This document shows positions 19,860-31,735 of a stretch of DNA of 43,340 bases, in pieces. The stretch lies in assembly GCA_937996755.1 (NCBI GenBank), contig CALKUS010000135.1:1-43340 (forward strand), written 5' to 3'. The stretch is from an uncultured Pseudomonadota bacterium. GTDB taxonomy: Bacteria > Pseudomonadota > Gammaproteobacteria > Xanthomonadales > Ahniellaceae. Every line of letters starts with the position of its first letter. Position 1 is the stretch's first letter. Below the pieces are notes generated by a model. It was not told the origin of the DNA. It worked only from the letters and a program-made list of their open reading frames with translations, and did not search any database. The position numbers and the translations under genes were made by a program.

Positions 19860-20290
19860 CCGTGCCTGCACGCTCGACGCCGCGGATCGGTACGCGGTGG
19901 CCCATCGGGCTCCGCGCCAGGCGAACCGGGATCGCTCCCGGAGCTCGCTATCGCTGTTCCGCAGCGTCGCTACGCACATCATGTCGACGCCGCTCGCGCG
20001 AGCTCGCGCGTTGCGTTCGTCGGAATTGGTCGGGCCCATCCCACGCCCGCGCGCGGGAGCGGAAGGCCGGCGTCGCGTCGCGCGCAGGCGCGTCGCTTCG
20101 ATGCGACGTCGTCGACGCCGCAAGGAACACGACGCCACAGGCGCGCGGCATCGACGCCGGGCACTCCACCCGCAGGCGCAACGAGCGCCGTGCCGCATCG
20201 ATCCGTTGCGAGCGATCGACCGCACCGGGATGGAGCCCGGTGGAGCGCGTTGCCGCGCTCCGGTGTTGCAAGGACAGCAGCCGTTTCAGG

Positions 20291-20364
20291 GCTGTGGAGC
20301 GGGAGTTGAACCCGCGACCGTCGAGATATCATCTCGATGCTCTACCCGTCTGAGCTATCCATTG
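20291..20364 (-). pseudogene. tRNA-like remnant X2. It has a canonical cloverleaf body with an Ile-type anticodon GAT, but the acceptor stem is mispaired at positions 2-3, its 5' end overlaps the CCA of tRNA-Arg by 2 nt, and it has no CCA.
   Basis: Reverse complement: CAATGGA-TA-GCTC-AGACGGGTA-GAGC-A-TCGAG-ATGATAT-CTCGA-CGGTC-GCGGG-TTCAACT-CCCGC-TCCACAG-C. It is homologous in position and sequence to X1. Confidence 0.4.
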
Positions 20365-20439
20365 GCTTCCCCGGCAGGATTTGAACCCACGACCTCCGGC
20401 TTCGTAGACCGGTGCTCTACCTGGCTGAGCTACGGGGAA
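20363..20439 (-). tRNA. tRNA-Arg (anticodon ACG), CCA encoded, U1-A72 first pair
   Basis: Hand-folded: TTCCCCG-TA-GCTC-AGCCAGGTA-GAGC-A-CCGGT-CTACGAA-GCCGG-AGGTC-GTGGG-TTCAAAT-CCTGC-CGGGGAA-G-CCA. The acceptor pairs 7/7, and the anticodon arm resembles E. coli Arg-ACG. The T-stem has two wobble pairs. Confidence 0.7.
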
Positions 20440-20845
20440 CGAGTACGAATCCCGTCGCGGAACGGTACGCGGTGGCCCAACGGGCTCCGCGCCAGGCGAT
20501 CCGGATTCGCATCCGTAGATCGCTATCGCTGTTCCGCAACGTCGTTACGCACGCCGTGTGACGAGCCGCGCATCGCGCGTCGCATTCGTCGAATCCTGAT
20601 CGACGTCTCTCGGGTGCTGCAGCAATCGCGCGTCTTCGCCATATCGCTTCGCGCATCGATGCGCGTCGCCGCCCGTTCGCCCCGTTGCAGGGCGACTGGC
20701 GCATGGCGGTGGCGCCACGCTTCGCGTGTCGCCCTTGCTGCAGCACCCGCAGTCCGGCCGCGCGTCCGTCCCGAACGCGTCGACCGTTCGCCGCGCCGGC
20801 ACTCGGCCGGAGCGGCTCGCGCACGACGACACGCGTCGGCATGCG

Positions 20846-20920
20846 CGGAAAACAAAAACCCCCGGAAACTCGCGTCTCCAGGGGTCTTTTGCACCCGTGG
20901 AGGCCTGCGCCGCAGGCCTC
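20846..20920. terminator. AT-containing bidirectional intrinsic terminator downstream of nadD: an A-tract, hairpin CCCCCGGAAACTCGCGTCTCCAGGGG, a T-tract, and a second perfect hairpin GGAGGCCTGCGCCGCAGGCCTCC
   Basis: GGAAAACAAAAACCCCC...CAGGGGTCTTTTG. Read on the minus strand it gives hairpin + TTTTTGTTTTCC. It is about 220 bp beyond the nadD stop. Confidence 0.65.
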
Positions 20921-21136
20921 CCGTTGTCGGTGAGGCCTACGCCGTCGTATCGAGTCCGCGCGGCATCGCGCAGCGACCGAAGTCGCCGGCGCTGATCAGC
21001 GCGTGTTCGTTGTGGCGGTTGGCGTTCATGCGTCTCTCGAATTCCCGTGGGAGCGACTTCAGTCGCGATCTTCCCGTCGAAGGGCGCGCACTATACGCCG
21101 ACGCAACCGCGCGTCAATAGGTTCCGGCAAATATTT

Positions 21137-21793
21137 TCAGCTGCCGTACAACGCGTGCTGGCGGATGTAGTCGTCGACGGCGGCGGGCACGAGGTAGCGC
21201 GCGCTGCCGCCACGCGCGAGCGCGGCGCGTACGGCGCTCGCGGAGATTTCCAGCGCGGTGACTTCGAGCGGTGCGCAACGTCCCGCCGGAGAATCGCCGA
21301 GCTCGGCGATGTCGCCGACGCGACGCGCGTACCACTCGCTCGCCAGCTCCGCTTCGAAGACGCCGCCGTGGCCGGGCCGCGTGAGCGCGACGATGTGCGC
21401 GTGCGTGAACAGCTCGCGCCAGCGATGCCAGGTCGACAAGCCGGCGAATGCATCGGCGCCGAGCAGCAACACGAGCGGACGCGACGGGCCGTATTCCATG
21501 CGCAGCTGCGCGAGCGTGTCGACCGTGTACGACGCGCCCGCGCGCTCGAGCTCGCGCGGATCGGCGAGCAGGCGCTGCTGCCCGGCGAGCGCGAGCTCCA
21601 GCATCGCCATGCGCTGCGCGGCGCTCGCGAGCGGCTGCTCGCGGTGCGGCGGCACGCTGGCGGGGATCATGTGCACGTGCGCGCCGAGCGCCTCGCCCGC
21701 CTCGAGCGCGACGCGCAGGTGCGCGTTGTGGATCGGATCGAACGTGCCGCCGAGCACGGCGACGGGACCATGGCCGTCGGCCAGGACGCTCAT
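21137..21793 (-). CDS. nadD: Nicotinate-nucleotide adenylyltransferase NadD
   Basis: 218 aa from MSVLADG with the (H/T)xGH motif (GGTFDPIHNAHL). The start overlaps the holA stop (ATGA). The upstream part of the 586-aa track ORF is a fusion artefact. Confidence 0.9.
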   Translation of the reverse strand: MSVLADGHGPVAVLGGTFDPIHNAHLRVALEAGEALGAHVHMIPASVPPHREQPLASAAQRMAMLELALAGQQRLLADPRELERAGASYTVDTLAQLRMEYGPSRPLVLLLGADAFAGLSTWHRWRELFTHAHIVALTRPGHGGVFEAELASEWYARRVGDIAELGDSPAGRCAPLEVTALEISASAVRAALARGGSARYLVPAAVDDYIRQHALYGS

Positions 21794-22851
21794 CGCGAAA
21801 CCGCGAGCGACTTCGCGGCGCGCGGCTGCGCGACCATCGCGAGCAGGCGCTCGAGCTCGCGCCACGCGTCGACGCCCTGCCCGGCGCGCCCCTTGCCGGC
21901 GCGCTCGACGTGCGCAGCCTGCGCGAGCATGGCTTCCCAGTAGTTCGCGCGCGCGCGCTTCATCGCGGCGCGGAAGATGCCCAGGCGCGCCTGCGGCCAG
22001 ACGCGCTCGTTGCGCATCGCGGTGTCGACGTCGGCGCCGCGCTCCATCGCGACCGCGAGGCGCAGCGCGACCTGCAGCTGCATCGTGAACCAACCGAGCA
22101 GCGCGGGCACGGCGTCGCCTTCCGCCTTCAGCGAGGCGGCGATGCGCAACGCGCGCGCGCTGTCGCCGAGCAGCGCGGCGTCGACCAGCTGGAACACGTC
22201 GAAGCGCGCGCTGTCCGCCACGTACTGCTCGAGCTGCGCCGCGTCGACGCGACGTGGTGCTGCCGGCGTCGCGCCCGCGAGCAGCGCGAGCTTGTCCACT
22301 TCCTGCGCGCCCGCGAGCAGGTTGCCCTCGATGCGCTCGACCAGGAGCTCGACGGCGTCCGGACCGAGCTCGACGCCGCGCTTGTTCGCGCGCGCCGCGA
22401 TCCACGCGTGCAGCTCGTTGCCCTTCAGCGGCCAGAAGATCGCGACGGTGCCGATCTCGTCGATCGCCGCGCTCCATGCCGCGTCGTGCTGTTTGCTCCA
22501 CGTCGTCGCGGTGACGAGCAGAATGGTGTCGGGCGGCGGCGACTCGCAGTAGCTGGCGATCGCCTCGCCGCCTTCCTTGCCGGGCTTGCCGGTGGGCACG
22601 CGCAGGTCGATCAGGCGGCGCGTCGCGAAGAGCGACATGGCCGCGCCGGTGTTCGCCAGCTCGTACCACTCGAAACCGGAGTCGCTCGACTCGAGCACGA
22701 CACGCTCGCTGTAGCCCTGCGCGCGCGCCTTCGCGCGCAGCGCATCGGCCGCTTCGAGCACGAGCAGGTGCTCGTCGCCCGCGAGCAGGTAGGCGGGCTT
22801 CAAGTCCCCGCTGGCGAGGTGCCTCTCGAATTGGGCGGCGTTGAGGGCCAT
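21790..22851 (-). CDS. holA: DNA polymerase III delta subunit HolA
   Basis: 353 aa, with the conserved N-terminus (LKPAYLLAGDEHLL) and the order lptE-holA-nadD as in E. coli. Confidence 0.85.
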   Translation of the reverse strand: MALNAAQFERHLASGDLKPAYLLAGDEHLLVLEAADALRAKARAQGYSERVVLESSDSGFEWYELANTGAAMSLFATRRLIDLRVPTGKPGKEGGEAIASYCESPPPDTILLVTATTWSKQHDAAWSAAIDEIGTVAIFWPLKGNELHAWIAARANKRGVELGPDAVELLVERIEGNLLAGAQEVDKLALLAGATPAAPRRVDAAQLEQYVADSARFDVFQLVDAALLGDSARALRIAASLKAEGDAVPALLGWFTMQLQVALRLAVAMERGADVDTAMRNERVWPQARLGIFRAAMKRARANYWEAMLAQAAHVERAGKGRAGQGVDAWRELERLLAMVAQPRAAKSLAVSR

Positions 22852-22854
22852 CGT

Positions 22855-22950
22855 CGTCAGGGGAGAGCGGGGAGCGGCAAGAGCAGCCTGCGGGCACCTT
22901 GCAGGTTGCGCGCTGTTGCCGCTCCCCGCTCCCCGCTCACCGCTTTCCGC
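22855..22950. repeat. Family C hairpin repeat (stem GCGGGGAGCGGCAAGAGCAG / CTGTTGCCGCTCCCCGC) in the lptE-holA intergenic spacer
   Basis: Direct reading. A second copy is at 27660-27760. It also carries short CCGCTC(A/C)CC direct repeats. Confidence 0.55.
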
Positions 22951-23508
22951 TCACCGTGTAGCCGCCTCGATGCGGCGCAGCACCTGCTGCACCATCTCGC
23001 GCTGCAGCTCCTTGCGGATGAGCGCTTCCTCGGTCGCGGCGCCGAGCGCCTGCGTTTCGTCGAAGCTGTACTCCCGCTCGAGCTCGATCGGGCCGCGCGG
23101 CACGATCGTCGCGCCGTTCGCGCCGGCAACCTCGAGCTCCACCCTGTAGCGCACGGCGTACTCCTGCACGCGCGCCGTGCCGCCGACCGTGAGCACTTCG
23201 GTCTTGAGCTCGTTCACCGGGATGCGCACGACGCCGGCCCCGTCCGTGCCCGTGGCGACCACGGTCGCGCCGGCGCGCTCGAGCGCGGCCTCGAGGTCGC
23301 GCGCGAGCGGGCTGAACGGATCGGAGATCTCCAGCGACACGCGTTGCAGCGACGGCGGCAGCGCGACTTCGTCGCGCAGCTGGAAGCCGCAACTGGCCAA
23401 GACGAAGCAAAGCGCCACGGAGAAAACGGAAATGGGAAATCGGAAACGGGAAATCGGGAAAGCCGCGGCTCTCCAGTCAGCGCATGCGGTCCGGTCGGAG
23501 CGGTCCAT
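22951..23508 (-). CDS. lptE: LPS-assembly lipoprotein LptE, with an unusual 40-residue signal peptide that contains a family B repeat arm
   Basis: 185 aa with a lipobox (VLASC, then GFQLRD) and an LptE-like body. Start ATG MDRSDRT has a GAGG-N9 Shine-Dalgarno sequence. Codons ~15-30 (AAFPISRFRFPISVFS) are encoded by the GGAAAT heptad repeat. Confidence 0.75.
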   Translation of the reverse strand: MDRSDRTACADWRAAAFPISRFRFPISVFSVALCFVLASCGFQLRDEVALPPSLQRVSLEISDPFSPLARDLEAALERAGATVVATGTDGAGVVRIPVNELKTEVLTVGGTARVQEYAVRYRVELEVAGANGATIVPRGPIELEREYSFDETQALGAATEEALIRKELQREMVQQVLRRIEAATR

Positions 23509-23562
23509 CACTTCATACCTCGTTTCGCTGTTCCGATTTCCCATTTCCGATTCCCGGTTTCC
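23419..23562. repeat. Family B heptad-repeat inverted repeat. An 18-bp perfect stem GGAAATGGGAAATCGGAA / TTCCGATTTCCCATTTCC sits within longer GGAAA(T/C)(G/C) heptad arrays. It spans the leuS-lptE junction and the first ~30 codons of lptE.
   Basis: Direct reading of both strands. The loop (~70 nt) contains the lptE Shine-Dalgarno sequence and start codon. It is related to the locus at 2410-2490. Confidence 0.55.
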
Positions 23563-23579
23563 GGCCGCGCGAAGCGCGG

Positions 23580-28668
<5,089 letters not shown>

Positions 28669-28713
28669 AGGAGCCGGCGGCGGAGCGCGGCGTGCTCCGC
28701 GTCTGCCTGCCGT

Positions 28714-29244
28714 TCAAGCGCCGAACCCCCCGACGATGCGCAGCGCGAGCGCGCACACCTGCTCCACCGGCTTCGCCGCATCGACGACCACAACGCGCGC
28801 ATCGGGCTGCTGCAACCGCTGCAGCACTTCGTCGACGAGCGCCGGCTTGCGGTCGCCCGCGACGTGCGGATGCCCAGCTGCGAGGTCGCGCGCGATACGT
28901 GCGCGCGCGACGTCAGGCGGCACCTCCAGCCAGATCGGGAGCAGGCGCGCGTTGAACGGTTCGACGGTGCGCGCGACGCGCTCCAGGTCGCGGCGGCGCG
29001 AGAACGTCATGCCGTCGATCACGCTCGAATGCCCCAGCGCGCAGTTCACCTCGAGTGCGTGCAGGAGGCTGCGGAACGCGGCGCGCTTCTCGAGCACGGA
29101 ATAATCGCAGCGCGGGAACAGCGCGGCGCGGATCTCGTCGCGATCGACGCGGCGCAGGCCCAGATTCGTGGCGAGGTGGCCGGAAACCGTGCTCTTGCCG
29201 GCGCCCGGCAGGCCCATGAGCGCGACGACCGTCAATCGCGCCAT
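28714..29244 (-). CDS. P-loop NTPase / small predicted kinase (AAA_33-like)
   Basis: 177 aa from MARLTVVALMGLPGAGKST (Walker A). The substrate is unknown. The 31 upstream codons of the track ORF are unsupported. Confidence 0.65.
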   Translation of the reverse strand: MARLTVVALMGLPGAGKSTVSGHLATNLGLRRVDRDEIRAALFPRCDYSVLEKRAAFRSLLHALEVNCALGHSSVIDGMTFSRRRDLERVARTVEPFNARLLPIWLEVPPDVARARIARDLAAGHPHVAGDRKPALVDEVLQRLQQPDARVVVVDAAKPVEQVCALALRIVGGFGA

Positions 29245-29383
29245 GACCAGGTTCGCGGCCTTCTGCGCCACGTTCGGCGCGTCGCTCGTGGTCGTCACCT
29301 TCCTTGACTCCCCTGGCACGCGCGTCGTGCGCCAAAGCACGATGTGCGCAGGGGTCGTAGACTAACATCGCGCGTCCGCCGCC

Positions 29384-31579
29384 ATGCGCCACGCCATGAC
29401 CCTGCCCATCACCGACACGTTCAGCACGCGCATCCCGGAGATCCCGGGCTACCGCGTCGTGCGCCGTCTCGGCGAAGGCGGCATGGCCGAGATCTACCTC
29501 GCGATCCAGCTGTCGCTGCAGCGCCAGGTGGCGCTGAAGGTGCTCGCGTACGAGCACTCGGTGTCGGAGGAGCTGGCCGAACGCTTCGAGCGCGAGGCGC
29601 GCACCATCGCGCGCCTGGATCATCCGCACATCGTCGCGATCCACGAGGTCGGGCGCACGCGCGGCGGTTTGCTGTACTACACGATGCCGTACCTGCCGAA
29701 CGGCGACCTCGCGCATCGCGACCTGCGCACGAAGCCGACCGAGGTCGCGCGCGTCGTGCGCTCGGTCGCGCAGGCGCTCGCCTACGCGCACGCGCAGCAC
29801 GTCGTGCATCGCGACGTGAAGCCCGAGAACATCCTGTTCGACAAGACCGACCGGCCGCTGCTGGCCGACTTCGGCATCGCGCTCACGCGCGACGAGAGCC
29901 ATCGCGTGACGAATCCCGGGCGCACGCTCGGATCGTCGGGCTACATGAGCCCGGAACAGTCGCGCGGGCAGGAGCTCGACGGCCGTGCCGATCTCTACAG
30001 CGTCGGCGTGGTCGCCTACGAAATGCTCGTGGGCGAACTGCCTTACGCCGGCGCGGACGCGCTCGCGATGGCGATCGCGCACATGCAGGACCCGCTGCCG
30101 CGTCTGCCCGCGGCGCACCGCGCATGGCAGCCGTTCATCGACCGCGCGCTCGCGAAATCGCTGAACGACCGCTTCCAGTCGGCGGAAGAATTGCTGCAGG
30201 CGCTCGACGAGGTCGATCGCCGCCTCGTGCCGAATCCGGCGGACGCGGACGCGCATGCGCCGCGCCGGGGCGTGCGCGGCTCGCTGCTCGCGGCGTTCGG
30301 CCTGGTCGCCGCGCTGGCCGCGATCGTCGTCGTCGGCGGGCTCGGCCCGTTCGCGCCGCGGTCCGCCGACGAAGCGGCGCCGGTCGCATCGCCGCCCGGC
30401 CCCGCGGTGACGGCCGTGACGGTGTCCGACATGGACGAATGGCTCGCACAGGCGTATGGCGCGCTCGGCGAGAACCGCCTCGTCGCGGTGGACGGCAAGG
30501 ACGCCGCCACGCCGATCCTGAGGCTGCTCGGCGTGCAGCCGACGAATCCCGAAGCCCTGCAGGCGCTCGACAAGCTCGCCGACGCGCTCGCGAAGCAGGC
30601 CGAGCGCGCGCTCGCGGCGAATGCCGGCGATCGCGCCGCCGCCGCGTGGGATGCCGCGAAGCAGGTTCGCGAGCGCGGCGGTGCGCCGGCGGAACCGGCC
30701 TGGAAGGCTTTCGGCACGCGCTATCGCAGTGCGTTGCTTGCCGCGCTCGAGCGCGCCGCGGCACGCGGCGACGTGACGGCGGCCGCGCCGCTCGCGCCGG
30801 CGCTCGCGCGCGTGCCGGACGACTCGCGCATCGCGACCGCGTCGACGCGGCTCGGGCAGATGCGCCGCGCCGGCGAATCGCTGCGCGACGCGAGCGGCCC
30901 CGCGCTCGTCGTCGTGCCGAAGGCGGTCGGCGGCAGCACCGTCGCGAACGAGTTCGCGATCGCGGTCGACGAAGTGACGAAATCCGAGTACGCCGCGTTC
31001 GCGCGCGACACGAACCGCGCGGCGGGCAAGTGCCGCGACGTGGGTGCGCTCGCGCTGCTGCGCAAGCGCGACTGGCGCGAGCCCGGCTTCGCGCAGGCGA
31101 ACGACGAGCCGGTCGTCTGCGTGACGGTGGACGACGCGCGGGCGTATGCGCAGTGGCTGTCGCGGCGCACCGGCCAGCGCTATCGCCTGCCGACGCGCGC
31201 CGAATGGCGGCACGTGGCGGCGAGCGTCGGCGGCGGCGACACGTGCCGGCTCGGCAACGTGCTCGACGCGAGCACGGCCGGCGGCATCGACGTCGTCGAC
31301 CGCCACGGCTGCGACGACGGCCGTTCGCACACGGCCGCCGTCGGCCGTTACGCCGCGAGCGCGCTCGGCGTGCACGACCTCGTCGGCAACGTCGCCGAGT
31401 GGACGTCGGACTGCAAGCCGTCCGGTTGCACCGTCGCCGGCAGCTCGTGGCGCGACGGTGCGAAGACCGCATTGCTGCCGCAGCGCGAGCGCGACGCCGC
31501 GCTCGGCGCGCCGTGGATCGGCTTCCGCGTCGTGCGCGATCTCGAGCCCACCACACCCGTCGCCGCCGCCGCGCAGTAG
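29384..31579 (+). CDS. Transmembrane Ser/Thr protein kinase fused to an extracytoplasmic FGE-sulfatase (SUMF1/formylglycine-generating-enzyme-like) domain
   Basis: It has the Hanks kinase subdomains (GEGGMAEIYLA...ALK, HRDVKPENIL, DFG, SGYMSPE), one TM helix (LLAAFGLVAALAAIVVVGGL), and a C-terminal FGE fold (DDARAYAQWLS...YRLPTRAEW, GNVAEWT). Confidence 0.85.
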   Translation: MRHAMTLPITDTFSTRIPEIPGYRVVRRLGEGGMAEIYLAIQLSLQRQVALKVLAYEHSVSEELAERFEREARTIARLDHPHIVAIHEVGRTRGGLLYYTMPYLPNGDLAHRDLRTKPTEVARVVRSVAQALAYAHAQHVVHRDVKPENILFDKTDRPLLADFGIALTRDESHRVTNPGRTLGSSGYMSPEQSRGQELDGRADLYSVGVVAYEMLVGELPYAGADALAMAIAHMQDPLPRLPAAHRAWQPFIDRALAKSLNDRFQSAEELLQALDEVDRRLVPNPADADAHAPRRGVRGSLLAAFGLVAALAAIVVVGGLGPFAPRSADEAAPVASPPGPAVTAVTVSDMDEWLAQAYGALGENRLVAVDGKDAATPILRLLGVQPTNPEALQALDKLADALAKQAERALAANAGDRAAAAWDAAKQVRERGGAPAEPAWKAFGTRYRSALLAALERAAARGDVTAAAPLAPALARVPDDSRIATASTRLGQMRRAGESLRDASGPALVVVPKAVGGSTVANEFAIAVDEVTKSEYAAFARDTNRAAGKCRDVGALALLRKRDWREPGFAQANDEPVVCVTVDDARAYAQWLSRRTGQRYRLPTRAEWRHVAASVGGGDTCRLGNVLDASTAGGIDVVDRHGCDDGRSHTAAVGRYAASALGVHDLVGNVAEWTSDCKPSGCTVAGSSWRDGAKTALLPQRERDAALGAPWIGFRVVRDLEPTTPVAAAAQ

Positions 31580-31599
31580 CCGTCGCTGTTGGAGCCCCC

Positions 31600-31735
31600 C
31601 TTGAGTCAGGGGGGGCGGCCGATCGCTCGGCGATCGGCCAGGGGTTGTGGAGACAGCCTGCGTCGATCCGGTCGCGAAGCGATCGGATCGAATCTCGCAC
31701 CGTCCCTGACGCTGCGCGTCAGGGACGGTGCGTAA
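31600..31735. terminator. Cluster of three hairpins between the convergent kinase gene and the NHL gene: CCCCCTTGAGTCAGGGGG, GGCCGATCGCTCGGCGATCGGCC, and a perfect 17-bp stem CGCACCGTCCCTGACGC / GCGTCAGGGACGGTGCG that overlaps the NHL stop codon
   Basis: Direct reading. The last palindrome includes the final four codons and the TGA of the minus-strand gene. Confidence 0.65.

Larger units (their letters stand above)
19449..20570. repeat. Tandem duplication of a ~580-bp unit, about 2 copies plus a partial third leader. Each unit is a 260-bp GC-rich segment R + a tRNA-like remnant + a canonical tRNA + a ~130-bp conserved upstream leader.
   Basis: 19449-19705 is ~90% identical to 20031-20290 (GGGCCCA[C/T]CCCACGCCCGCGCGCGGGAGCGGAAGGCCGGCGTCGCGTCGCGCGCA...). 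The leaders at 19862-19990 and 20440-20570 share GGTACGCGGTGGCCCA[T/A]CGGGCTCCGCGCCAGGCGA and CGCTATCGCTGTTCCGCA[G/A]CGTCG[C/T]TACGCAC. Confidence 0.65.

Noticed and set aside
20460-21136. Possible protein-coding genes in the 700-bp gap between the tRNA array and nadD (ORFs 20417..20842, 20523..20894, 20685..20933, 20726..20995)
   Set aside because: All of them overlap tRNA, repeat or terminator sequence. They lack a Shine-Dalgarno sequence and encode Arg/Ala-rich low-complexity peptides.
23509-23525. Two-codon mini-ORF ATG-AAG-TGA overlapping the lptE start (ATGAAGTGATGG)
   Set aside because: The GAGG motif is spaced correctly for the downstream ATG (lptE), not for the mini-ORF. It is probably incidental.
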